From: Spongiibacteraceae bacterium UBA5047
Lineage (GTDB): Bacteria; Pseudomonadota; Gammaproteobacteria; Pseudomonadales; Spongiibacteraceae
Reading direction: 5' to 3'
DNA: 64,000 nt
NCBI GenBank assembly: GCA_002415025.1
Contig: DIBR01000014.1
Coordinates: 4,520 to 68,519, forward strand
Under the pieces are notes generated by a model, which saw only the letters and a list, made by a program, of their open reading frames with translations, was not told the origin of the DNA and searched no databases. Shown here in pieces: positions 30,752 to 39,751 of this stretch (position 1 is its first letter; every line of letters begins with the position of its first letter). The translations under genes were made by a program, and so were the position numbers.

Positions 30752-31909
30752 TTACACTTTTGCCTGTTTTCGATAGGCACTGGGGGTGCAGCCCAGGCGT
30801 TTTTTGAAGTGACTGTTAAATGCATTGAGGCTCGCAAAGCCGGATGCTTCGGCAATGTCAGCAATCGTTCGACGGCTGGCGCCGTCTTTCAGTAATGCTT
30901 CGGCAAAAGCTACCCGGTGACCATTCACAAAATCGTAGAAATTCACGCCTGCACGACTGTTGATCACTTGGCTAAGGTAGTTGCTGTGGGTACTGGCCTC
31001 CTTCGCCAGATCGTCGAGCTTGAGCCCCTGACGCAGGAACAACTGCTCTTCCACCATCGCCTTTTGCAGCCGTGCCCATAAATCGTCAACCCGCTCTTCA
31101 GACAGCCCGGATTTTTGATATTTTTCCATATCAGCATCTTCAATAATATCGCCCGCGCTGATGTCGACATCTGCCGGAGCTCTGCCATGAAATATCGCCG
31201 GCTGCCGAAAACTCATTACGCCAATGTAGTTAATGGTTGCGATTGTGACGATAAAGGAAATTCCCGTTCCGGGCAGGAAAAATCGCCCGGCAATCATCCC
31301 GACGGCATCCAGAAACAGCAACACTCCCGACATCACTCCCATCAAGCCTGCCAATGCTGCCAGCCACATCAGGTTAATTTTATCGAGCGACGAGAAATGA
31401 TCACGGATCCTTCGTCGATGGTCCCCAAGTAATTCCAGCGTCCACAAGGTGTAGAGCAGCATCAGTAAATGTGAGGGAAAGCTTATCATTGCCAGCTCCT
31501 TTTTTACCGCAACCGGCAGCGTTTGGTAACTGGTATGTGCCTGTAGAATCTCGGTGTCCTGAAATATCGGTAGCGTTGCCCACAGCATGAGCGGCACAAC
31601 AAAGTGACGCCAGTAGGAAGCCAGTCGGTCGCCTTGCCCGGTTAACAAATGCGCGTAGACGTAAAAAAGCGGGCCATATAAATAGATAATACCGACGAGA
31701 TGGTAGAGGGAGAAAACAGGCGGACGATAATCGCTGAAGGCCCAGCTCACCATCGCCAGATAGACCGCCTGAGCGAGAATGTAGTAGGCCAGCGCCTGAT
31801 TGGCACGCCGATTTTCACCACCGCTAAACCAGAGTTGAGCTGCCAGAATCAACGCTTGCGAGCAGGCAACAATACCTGCGAGTTCAATCAGACCCAAACC
31901 CAGCTTCAT
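30752..31909 (-). CDS. Membrane-anchored AraC family regulator
   Basis: Several hydrophobic helices followed by YLSQVIN..G.NFYDFVN and GFASLNAFNSHFKKRLGCTPSAYR. Confidence 0.9.
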   Translation of the reverse strand: MKLGLGLIELAGIVACSQALILAAQLWFSGGENRRANQALAYYILAQAVYLAMVSWAFSDYRPPVFSLYHLVGIIYLYGPLFYVYAHLLTGQGDRLASYWRHFVVPLMLWATLPIFQDTEILQAHTSYQTLPVAVKKELAMISFPSHLLMLLYTLWTLELLGDHRRRIRDHFSSLDKINLMWLAALAGLMGVMSGVLLFLDAVGMIAGRFFLPGTGISFIVTIATINYIGVMSFRQPAIFHGRAPADVDISAGDIIEDADMEKYQKSGLSEERVDDLWARLQKAMVEEQLFLRQGLKLDDLAKEASTHSNYLSQVINSRAGVNFYDFVNGHRVAFAEALLKDGASRRTIADIAEASGFASLNAFNSHFKKRLGCTPSAYRKQAKV

Positions 31910-32106
31910 GTGTATATATAGTCTCTCTATCCCAAGCATCACCGTGACCACTGAAACAATGGCCAGCAAATGCCTACTGTACCCGATCTTTCCGACAATT
32001 GGCTTACCACCTTGTAAGATCGCTGGAATTCGCGACCACGATGATTCAGGCTATACTCGATCAACAACACTCAAAAAGCACAATAAAAGAACGATTGGGG
32101 ACGGCC

Positions 32107-34146
32107 ATGAATACATTTTCCGCGTCAGCGATCCTGATATTAGTTGCCACCAGCGTGTCTCTCGCGGCTGAAGTGCGCGAGCCTTGCGCTGACTACTCTG
32201 CGCAGCGCCTACCCTTGTTCGGCGATCTGCATGTTCACTCTAGCTACTCGTTCGATTCCTACATCTCCAGCCAGCGCAACGACCCCTGGGCGGCCTACCG
32301 CTTCGGGCGTGGCGAGCCGATAACCCTGCCAAACGCTGACGGCGAGCAGGACGTAAAAATGCAGCTGCGGCGGCCATTGGATTTTATGGCGGTAACGGAT
32401 CATGCAGAATTTCTTGGTCCAATTAATGTGTGTACACAGGATGCCGGAAAACTCGGCTACTGGTTTCCGGCCTGCATCGCCACCCGTAGTTCGAACTTTA
32501 TTTTGCAACTGCTTGCCGCCGACTATTGGGTAAAGTTAGGGGTTGCGGGAACCAGCAAAGAAAAGAAAAGCAGCTTCGCGTGTACCTTGTCTGACTGCGA
32601 AGCCGCAGAAAAAACCGCATGGCAAAATATTCAGAAGGCGACCGAAGACAATAATACCGAATGCAGTTTCACAACGTTTGTCGGCTACGAATACACCGAT
32701 GCACCTGACTTCAAAAACCTGCATCGCAATGTCATTTTCCGAAACGAAAACGTGACCGACCAGCCAATTTCAGCCTACGACACAGGCTCTTACAACTTTC
32801 CAAAGCTGTGGACGCTGCTGCGCGAACAATGCCTCGATGGCAACGAAGGTTGTGATGTGATGTCCATTCCACACAACCCGAACCTGTCGGGTGGCTTGAT
32901 GTTTCCCGACCCAAAGTCACCACAGGAGGCGCTTGACCGGCTTGTGTTCGAGCCGGTTGTCGAACTTGTTCAACACAAGGGCGCATCTGAGTGCCGCTTT
33001 GACCGCTTGGCCGGGCGCGGCGTTGCCACAGAAGACGAGCTGTGTGATTTCGAACAGATCAAGACCGATAGCCTTGCCATGCTCGGCAGTGTAGCCGGCG
33101 AAGTGCGTACGCTGGAAGCCGACCCGGTAGGCACCGACGATTACGGTCGGCGCAATATGATGCGCAATGTTCTCAAGGACGGTACGGCGCTGAAACAAAA
33201 GTCCGGACTCAACCCTTTTAAAATGGGTTTTATCGGCTCAACCGATACCCACAGTGCGACACCGGGCGCCTCGGAAGAAGATAACTACCCCGGCCACCTC
33301 GGGCGGCGCGACGCGGGCTACCGCAATATTCAGGATCACTTTTTTTCGAACGCCGGCGGTCTGGCCGTTGTCTGGGCGGAGCAAAATACGCGCGATGCGG
33401 TGTTTGATGCTATTAAGCGCAAGGAAACCTACGCCACCAGCGGCACTCGCCCTACCCTGCGTTTCTTTGGCGGCTGGAACCTGAATCCAGAGCTATGCCA
33501 AAGCCCGAACATGATCGAACAGGCTTACACACTGGCCGTTCCCATGGGCGGCGATCTGCCGTCAGCCGCAGGTTCTGCTCCCAGCTTTTTAATTGCCGCA
33601 TCCAAAGATGCAGGGACGAAGGGCTATCCCGGCACAGACATTCAGCAGCTTCAAGTGATCAAGGGCTGGACCGACGATCAGGGAAACAGCCACGAGCAAG
33701 TATTCACAGTGGCGGGTAACCCAAATAACGGCGCGTCGGTCAATCGCAATTCCTGCGCCACAACCGGTAGCGGCTCTGCGCAACTGTGCACGGTATGGAA
33801 AGACCCTGAATTTAATCCCGGCGACAACGCTTTTTATTACGTCCGACTGATCGAAAACCCAACCTGCCGATGGTCTACACTGCAGTGCAAAGCCTCGGGG
33901 GTAGACCCCTTTAGCAAGGATTGCAAAACACAAGCTGAGCAAGCAACCGCTCAGGCGAAAGATAACGGTGCCTGGGGTGACGACGTGTTTGGCAAGTGCT
34001 GCCTCAACGAAGCCGAAGAGCCCTTTTATTCTCCTGTCATACAGGAGCGCGCATGGAGCTCCCCTATCTGGTATACGCCGGAACAGGCAACTAAGCGCGC
34101 GGCTGACCCGGAGCCCAACCGTTTTGCTTTTGACGGCAAACGCTAG
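32107..34146 (+). CDS. DUF3604 family exported protein (PHP-like metal motifs)
   Basis: FGDLHVHS, RRPLDFMAVTDHAE, NLHRNVIF, IPHNPN, GSTDTH, IQERAWSSPIWY. Confidence 0.88.
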   Translation: MNTFSASAILILVATSVSLAAEVREPCADYSAQRLPLFGDLHVHSSYSFDSYISSQRNDPWAAYRFGRGEPITLPNADGEQDVKMQLRRPLDFMAVTDHAEFLGPINVCTQDAGKLGYWFPACIATRSSNFILQLLAADYWVKLGVAGTSKEKKSSFACTLSDCEAAEKTAWQNIQKATEDNNTECSFTTFVGYEYTDAPDFKNLHRNVIFRNENVTDQPISAYDTGSYNFPKLWTLLREQCLDGNEGCDVMSIPHNPNLSGGLMFPDPKSPQEALDRLVFEPVVELVQHKGASECRFDRLAGRGVATEDELCDFEQIKTDSLAMLGSVAGEVRTLEADPVGTDDYGRRNMMRNVLKDGTALKQKSGLNPFKMGFIGSTDTHSATPGASEEDNYPGHLGRRDAGYRNIQDHFFSNAGGLAVVWAEQNTRDAVFDAIKRKETYATSGTRPTLRFFGGWNLNPELCQSPNMIEQAYTLAVPMGGDLPSAAGSAPSFLIAASKDAGTKGYPGTDIQQLQVIKGWTDDQGNSHEQVFTVAGNPNNGASVNRNSCATTGSGSAQLCTVWKDPEFNPGDNAFYYVRLIENPTCRWSTLQCKASGVDPFSKDCKTQAEQATAQAKDNGAWGDDVFGKCCLNEAEEPFYSPVIQERAWSSPIWYTPEQATKRAADPEPNRFAFDGKR

Positions 34147-34178
34147 CGCGTTCACAAGCTAACAAGGCGACAATAATA

Positions 34179-35645
34179 ATGAATAATAACGTCGAGCGGG
34201 CCCCGGAGTTTACCGAGGTCATCATTGTTGGTGCTGGTTTTGCCGGTATCGGCGCGGCCATCAAATTGCGACAGGAAGGGATTGAATTCGTTGTTCTGGA
34301 AAAAGCCGTCGAGATGGGTGGAGTCTGGCGCGACAATCACTATCCCGATTGCGGCTGCGATGTTCCGTCAGCGCTGTACTCCTACTCATTTGCGCCCAAA
34401 TTTGACTGGAGCCATTTTTTTGCCAAGCAGGAAGAGATTAAGCAGTACACCGTCGATACCGCAACTGAATTTGGCATTCTGCCTTCTATAAAATTCGAGC
34501 ACGAGGCCTTGAGTATTCGCTGGATTGCAGAGCCCGGCTGCTGGGAAATTGCCACTGTAAAGGGCGTCTTCCGGTGCAACTACGTTGTTATGGCCAGCGG
34601 CCCCATGCATACGCCCGTGCTTCCGCAGATCAAAGGCCTGGAAACCTTCAGCGGCACCACCTTCCACTCCGCCCGCTGGAACCACGACTATGACCTGACA
34701 GGCAAACGTGTAGCCGTCATCGGTACAGGTGCATCTGCCGTGCAGTTTCTGCCGGAAATCGTCGACAAGACTTCGGCCCTGACCCTGTTTCAGCGCACAG
34801 CTCCGTGGATACTACCCAAAATGGATGTGCGGATATCAAAAAGCTGGCAGAACCGCTTCAAGCGCTTTCCGTTTCTTTTGCGCATGCTCCGACGGGCGGT
34901 TTACTGTCAGTTTGAGCTTCTGAATAGTAGTTTGAAATTTCCCTTCCTGATAAAACGCCTTGAAGCTGTCGGCATCAGCAATATTCATCGCGGCGTAAAA
35001 GATCCGCTACTGCGTGACAAACTGACACCCGACTTCTCCATCGGCTGCAAGCGCATTCTAATGTCAAACACCTGGTATCGCGCTTTGGCAAAAGACAATG
35101 TTCAGGTTGTCGGCAGCGTTGCGGAAATTTCCGGTGACACAGTGATTTCGCACGATGGTTCAGTCTGTCAGGTAGACGCTATTATCTTCGCCACAGGATT
35201 TGAAGTCTCCAACCCTCCAATTGCGGAGCGCATTTACAACAAGGAAGGCATGGCCCTGTCCGAGCAGTGGCAAGGAAGCCCCGTTGGCTACTACGGCACC
35301 ACCGTGGAAAAATGCCCCAACCTGTTTCTTACCCTCGGCCCCAACCTCTACACCTTTTCCTCGGCCTTCGTGATGATCGAAGCCCAACTGAACTACATAG
35401 TCAGCGCAATCACCACAATGCGAAAACGTCAGCTAAAAACGCTGGAAGTCAATACGGATACCAACCGCCATTACAATATCCGCCTGCAATCTGCGCTGCA
35501 GAAAACCGTCTGGAATATCGGTGGCTGCACCAGCTACTTTATAGACAAAAATGGTCTCAACAGTACCAACTGGCCCTGGACCACATTCTATATGCGCAGA
35601 AAACTGGGCAAGTTTGAAATTCGGGATTACTGCGTCAGCGAATAG
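34179..35645 (+). CDS. Flavin monooxygenase, Baeyer-Villiger type
   Basis: GAGFAG, GGVWRDNHYP..CD, BVMO fingerprint FSGTTFHSARW, GTGASA, ATGF. Confidence 0.92.
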   Translation: MNNNVERAPEFTEVIIVGAGFAGIGAAIKLRQEGIEFVVLEKAVEMGGVWRDNHYPDCGCDVPSALYSYSFAPKFDWSHFFAKQEEIKQYTVDTATEFGILPSIKFEHEALSIRWIAEPGCWEIATVKGVFRCNYVVMASGPMHTPVLPQIKGLETFSGTTFHSARWNHDYDLTGKRVAVIGTGASAVQFLPEIVDKTSALTLFQRTAPWILPKMDVRISKSWQNRFKRFPFLLRMLRRAVYCQFELLNSSLKFPFLIKRLEAVGISNIHRGVKDPLLRDKLTPDFSIGCKRILMSNTWYRALAKDNVQVVGSVAEISGDTVISHDGSVCQVDAIIFATGFEVSNPPIAERIYNKEGMALSEQWQGSPVGYYGTTVEKCPNLFLTLGPNLYTFSSAFVMIEAQLNYIVSAITTMRKRQLKTLEVNTDTNRHYNIRLQSALQKTVWNIGGCTSYFIDKNGLNSTNWPWTTFYMRRKLGKFEIRDYCVSE

Positions 35646-35738
35646 CGGCTACAGATGTTAAGAGGCATGGCCGAATAGACCATTTTTGAGGCACCGGACA
35701 GGTTCTATACTGAGGCCTCAACTCAAGGAGTTATAACA

Positions 35739-36095
35739 ATGGATAATCAGGACAAAATTGCCGCCGTACACCGCTACGTTGAAGCTTTCGACCGATCCGA
35801 CATCAATATCATCAAGGAACTGTACGCCGACGACGCTACAGTAGAAGACCCGGTAGGCACAGACATTCACCACGGCATAGACGCTATCGTTGCCTTCTAC
35901 GAAGGTTCACTGAAGAACGACATCAAACTGCAACTGTCTGGTGACCCGCGCTGCGCCGGCAGTGAAGTTGCCTTCCCCTTTCAGGTCAATGCCGGTGGCA
36001 TGACCATAGATGTAATCGACGTATTCAAATTCAACGACGCTGGCAAGGTCATTTCAATGCGTGCCTTCTGGGGGCCGGACAACGTAAAGAGCTAA
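35739..36095 (+). CDS. ksi: Ketosteroid (steroid delta) isomerase, NTF2 fold
   Basis: Tyr in HRYVEA, Asp in VEDPVG and Asp in VIDVF match the KSI catalytic positions; SMRAFWG. Confidence 0.8.
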   Translation: MDNQDKIAAVHRYVEAFDRSDINIIKELYADDATVEDPVGTDIHHGIDAIVAFYEGSLKNDIKLQLSGDPRCAGSEVAFPFQVNAGGMTIDVIDVFKFNDAGKVISMRAFWGPDNVKS

Positions 36096-36370
36096 GGCAG
36101 CTCTGCTGCATACACCGTATTAAAATACAGTGCGCCCCGCTTGATCAGAATGCTGACCTTCATACCGGGGCGGCATTCGGCAAGACTGGCAATGATGTAG
36201 GTGCCATTCTCCGCCTTGAGAGTCGCGTGGTGTAATTCCGCCGCTCCACCCAGTTGTTCACAGCGCTCTACCGTGCCACTCATGGTGCGCAAAACCTCAC
36301 CGCTGCTCGTGAAGGAGAGCGTGGCGTAAAAGCCAAGAAGTAGAAAAATACCGAAGAATACTGTACGCAT
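36092..36370 (-). CDS. Small hypothetical membrane or exported protein
   Basis: RBS TAAGG, N-terminal hydrophobic helix, co-oriented with the cassette array. Confidence 0.65.
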   Translation of the reverse strand: MRTVFFGIFLLLGFYATLSFTSSGEVLRTMSGTVERCEQLGGAAELHHATLKAENGTYIIASLAECRPGMKVSILIKRGALYFNTVYAAELP

Positions 36371-36402
36371 GATTACCTTATTGTGTATTCCAACACCCAA
36401 GC

Positions 36403-37797
36403 TCAGCGGGGATTAATCGGGGTATCAAGCCCCAGTGCACTTTCTACCATATCGGCAGCATCAAGGCAGAGATGATCGCTGAAGCGCGCTCCTGTCAACA
36501 ACACACCAACAGGCAAACCCTCAACCAGCCCTGCCGGAACACAGGCAGAAGGCAAGCCCAGCGCGTTACCCGGTGTGACACATCGCGCATGCTGCATTGT
36601 CTCAATTGCACGACCAGGTTTTTCAATATCCCAACCAGCGACGAAAGGCAGTTGTGTCCATGTGGGTGAAAGCAACAGGTCGTATTCACCAAAGAACCTT
36701 GCCCACTGGCGGGCCAAGCCTGCCCGTTCCGCCAGTGCCGTTGCATATGATGCCAGGGTTGGTATACCTCGCTCGCCCCGAAAATCGTTTACAAAGGTCA
36801 ACGCATCAGCCGAAAACAGTGGCGCAAGCTGCGGCAGCGCAAGCGCAATGTCGTTATCAAGCAAGGCTGCCCACAGCGCGACAACTTCCTCAAAGCTCGG
36901 GGGCAAGGTTTCGGTCACAATGCATCCTGCGGCTTCAAGGGCAGCCGCCGCCTTTCGCGTCACTGTTGCAATGCGGGCATCCACCTCCCCGCCAGGTGGC
37001 TCGGCCATCAGCGCAATCCGGAGCGGGCGGTCTACCGTATTGAACGCAGCCGTCACACTGAAGGTATCCCGGGAGTGAGCGCCTTGCAGAACCTGAAGTC
37101 CGAGCCGCACATCAGCGACCCTGCGGGCCATCGGCCCTTCCGAGTTCATCAACTGGAAGCTGATGGCTTCATCTTCGATGGGGATAGTGCCTGCGTGCGG
37201 TATAACGCCCTGAGTCGGCTTGATCGACGCAATGCCACAACAGGTAGCGGGATTACGCAGTGACCCACCGACGTCGTTACCCAGCCCCAAAGGCGACATG
37301 CCACTGGCAAGTGCAGCCGCCTCACCGCCCGAAGAACCGCCCGTGGTTCGCGCTGCATTCCAGGGGTTAATGGTTTGGCCATGCAAGGCGCTATCGGTAT
37401 GCAAACGAAGCGCGTAGTCCGGCAGATTGGTTCGCCCAACAGGAATGGCTCCTGCGGCCAGAACGCGTTCGACTATGGGGGCATTCACAACCGGAACCGC
37501 CTCAGCGAACGCAGGCAAGCCGTGAGTGGTCGCCGAGCCTGTGTAGTCGATATTTTCCTTTATTGTAATGGGCACACCCGCCAGCGGCCCCAACGGCCGG
37601 CCGGCTGATACAGCGGCGTCAATATCCGCCGCAGCGTCGAGCGCGCTATCTGCCAATACACAGCTTATGGCGTTCAAACTGGGGTTAACCTCGGAAATAC
37701 GATCCAGGTGCGACCTCACAACTTCGGTTGAAGTGAATGTTCCCGCAGCGATTCCTTTCGCCAACTCATTTGCACTGTATTGCCACAGATGTTTCAT
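36403..37797 (-). CDS. Amidase signature family enzyme
   Basis: GVPITIKE, GGSSGGE, GNDVGGSLRNPA. Confidence 0.93.
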   Translation of the reverse strand: MKHLWQYSANELAKGIAAGTFTSTEVVRSHLDRISEVNPSLNAISCVLADSALDAAADIDAAVSAGRPLGPLAGVPITIKENIDYTGSATTHGLPAFAEAVPVVNAPIVERVLAAGAIPVGRTNLPDYALRLHTDSALHGQTINPWNAARTTGGSSGGEAAALASGMSPLGLGNDVGGSLRNPATCCGIASIKPTQGVIPHAGTIPIEDEAISFQLMNSEGPMARRVADVRLGLQVLQGAHSRDTFSVTAAFNTVDRPLRIALMAEPPGGEVDARIATVTRKAAAALEAAGCIVTETLPPSFEEVVALWAALLDNDIALALPQLAPLFSADALTFVNDFRGERGIPTLASYATALAERAGLARQWARFFGEYDLLLSPTWTQLPFVAGWDIEKPGRAIETMQHARCVTPGNALGLPSACVPAGLVEGLPVGVLLTGARFSDHLCLDAADMVESALGLDTPINPR

Positions 37798-37839
37798 TGA
37801 GACGTCCCATTTTATTTTAATCGCGTCTTTAGGCCGTAT

Positions 37840-37947
37840 TTACAACAGCCGCTTGCCACCGCTAAGCGCGGCTTTTCGCCGCAGAGCGGGAACGAACTGG
37901 AAAACACCGAATGTCAGTCCGATTCCAACCACGGCCATACGCTAGGA
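37840..37947 (-). repeat. Highly degenerate attC-like remnant
   Basis: Contains a GCGGCGAAAAGCCGC hairpin similar to the core of the 39684 attC; ends GTTGTAA. Confidence 0.35.
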
Positions 37948-38127
37948 CATCTGCGCGAGGGCGACTCTGTAAGGTTTACCTTCCCCCTCTTGCAGTATAT
38001 GGAATGTCCTTGGGCCTGTAGCATATTCCTCGCTCACCGTCAGCGCCATAAATTCGTTCCACCAGGCTGTTTCACCGGCCCTCAGTGATTGGCTATGGTG
38101 GATGGTTACCGTCCGTAGAGGATGCAC
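37942..38127 (-). pseudogene. Probable decayed cassette ORF fragment
   Basis: 61-aa ORF between two degenerate attC-like sites; no clear RBS or family motif. Confidence 0.3.
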
Positions 38128-38224
38128 AACAGCAACCCGACACCCAGAACAGCGTTTCGAAGCGTGGTTCCTCTAGCGTCTATACCCTTCCTCAATTCGA
38201 CCAAAGGTACAAGACCCGTCAGGC
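38124..38224 (-). repeat. Degenerate attC-like remnant
   Basis: Upstream gene's stop lies in GCCTGAC (R''-like); ends GTTGTGC. Confidence 0.35.
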
Positions 38225-38575
38225 ATTCTGGTATATCAAGAACCAAAACATGCCAGCCACCACCCCATTAGAAAGACCTAATTCGATGAATAAACGCGTG
38301 CCAATGCGTTTTGTGGATACCAGATAAACCGAAACAGCAAACGCCCATGATTTCGTGGATGCGCCAAATGCAAGAAAAGGAACGATAAACTGCGGGTAAT
38401 TGAACAAATAGAGATAAAGCGAGGCAAAAGCTATGGCAACACCGGCCACAAATATTTTCAAGAACAGATAGTCTTCCGGACCCGCATCTGATCTGACACT
38501 GGAGAATGACTCCGAAATAAGCTTAATGGCCGCGAAGAAATTTAAGGCGGCGCCTACAAGTAATATGTAGTTCAT
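38219..38575 (-). CDS. Small multi-pass membrane protein (cassette)
   Basis: RBS AAGGAG, about four hydrophobic segments. Confidence 0.75.
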   Translation of the reverse strand: MNYILLVGAALNFFAAIKLISESFSSVRSDAGPEDYLFLKIFVAGVAIAFASLYLYLFNYPQFIVPFLAFGASTKSWAFAVSVYLVSTKRIGTRLFIELGLSNGVVAGMFWFLIYQNA

Positions 38576-38591
38576 GACCTTCTCTCCTTAT

Positions 38592-38697
38592 GCCAATCAC
38601 CAAAACTTCAGATTAGCGGTTTTTGAAGCGATGCCTGCATTTACAGAAGCCAAAATATCGTCAGCGGGGAAATGTCGTCCGCCACAATTTGTTGAGC
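38592..38697 (-). repeat. Degenerate attC-like remnant
   Basis: GCTCAAC (R'') at 38697-38691; R' eroded (GATTGGC). Confidence 0.3.
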
Positions 38698-38734
38698 GCA
38701 TCCGGAACCGTACAAAGGCAACAAGCACCAATGT

Positions 38735-39190
38735 TCAGGCCGAGTAACAAGTCACCTCAACGGTGCCTTCTACAAGATTGACGATACCTGCACCCCAAAC
38801 GGGCAGCAGATTCACCCATTTGTATTCTTCCGATGAGGTAAAGAGCGTCATATTTACACGAATATCAATGATGCCGCCTTCCGGCCTGGGAATACCGACA
38901 CCGTCTCCCTGGGCGTCAATATTCAACCCGTCGGTGGTGGAAATCGTCTCGTGTATGTGTAGCTCCATTCGGCCATCGCCTCTCACCCGAAGGTAGTCAA
39001 CACCGGCAACGGTGCCGTTCAGCCTGGGCCCACTGGCCCGGCCTTCAAATGCAGCATCAAATCTTGCTCCCTCGGGCGGGGGCGGAATGGTGCCTGACGT
39101 TAGCTCACCGAAATCGACTCCATATTCGGTCATGCCGGTAAGATTGAGTTTGATGGTGTAGAGATGTTCATTGACTTCGATTGTGTTCAT
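38735..39190 (-). CDS. DUF3237-like beta-barrel protein (cassette)
   Basis: GPRLNGTV.G.DYL..R.DG....I.T.DG..I, Y.WVN; RBS GGGGAG. Confidence 0.7.
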   Translation of the reverse strand: MNTIEVNEHLYTIKLNLTGMTEYGVDFGELTSGTIPPPPEGARFDAAFEGRASGPRLNGTVAGVDYLRVRGDGRMELHIHETISTTDGLNIDAQGDGVGIPRPEGGIIDIRVNMTLFTSSEEYKWVNLLPVWGAGIVNLVEGTVEVTCYSA

Positions 39191-39219
39191 GGTAACTCCC
39201 CCGGAATGCTGCAAAGGAC

Positions 39220-39306
39220 GCCTACCCCCGCAGCAGGGACCTACAAATAAGCGTTGTTTTTGGCATCCGCACCTGTAGGGTGCGTACTACCTTCTTTTTG
39301 TTATCG
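39220..39306 (-). repeat. Degenerate attC
   Basis: CGATAAC just after the stop ... GGTAGGC (one mismatch to GTTAGGC). Confidence 0.45.
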
Positions 39307-39313
39307 TTATTGC

Positions 39314-39676
39314 TTATTGCTCTGCGTAATGCGCTGACGACCTGAACACCCTGTGGTCTTTGTTGAACTCAAAGTACTCCGCGCCAATCTTACTGTCATG
39401 CCGACTATAATAGATAATAAGGCTATTTACCCCGATCAGCACCTTTATTATCTTAAACGCCAAATCCGGACGGCGCTCCAACGCTTTGCTCCAGTAAGTC
39501 CGCATTGCCTTGTGCCCAACCAAAATACCACTGGGTTCGCCAGCGACAGCGGGGATAAAGGGAGAGGAAAATTCAAAATCCTCGGTGTAATGTGAAAGCA
39601 CAGAATCAAGATCGTGTCTGTTCCAGGCAGACACCCATTCATCCGCGAATTTTTTTGCAAAGCTTGATTCAAGCAT
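39314..39676 (-). CDS. SnoaL/NTF2-like protein (cassette)
   Basis: FADEWVSAWNRHDLDSVLSHY..D..F.SP; start MLESS lies after the attC. Confidence 0.85.
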   Translation of the reverse strand: MLESSFAKKFADEWVSAWNRHDLDSVLSHYTEDFEFSSPFIPAVAGEPSGILVGHKAMRTYWSKALERRPDLAFKIIKVLIGVNSLIIYYSRHDSKIGAEYFEFNKDHRVFRSSAHYAEQ

Positions 39677-39683
39677 ACGCGTG

Positions 39684-39744
39684 ATCCGACCCACCAAAAG
39701 CAGACGCGCCGCTTTTCGCGTCGCACTGCCCTTTATTGTTATGC
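39684..39744 (-). repeat. attC site (R' mutated)
   Basis: GCATAAC aataa agggcag ...GCGACGCGAAAAGCGGCGCGT... ctgcttt ... GTCGGAT. Confidence 0.65.
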
Positions 39745-39751
39745 TTTCAAT

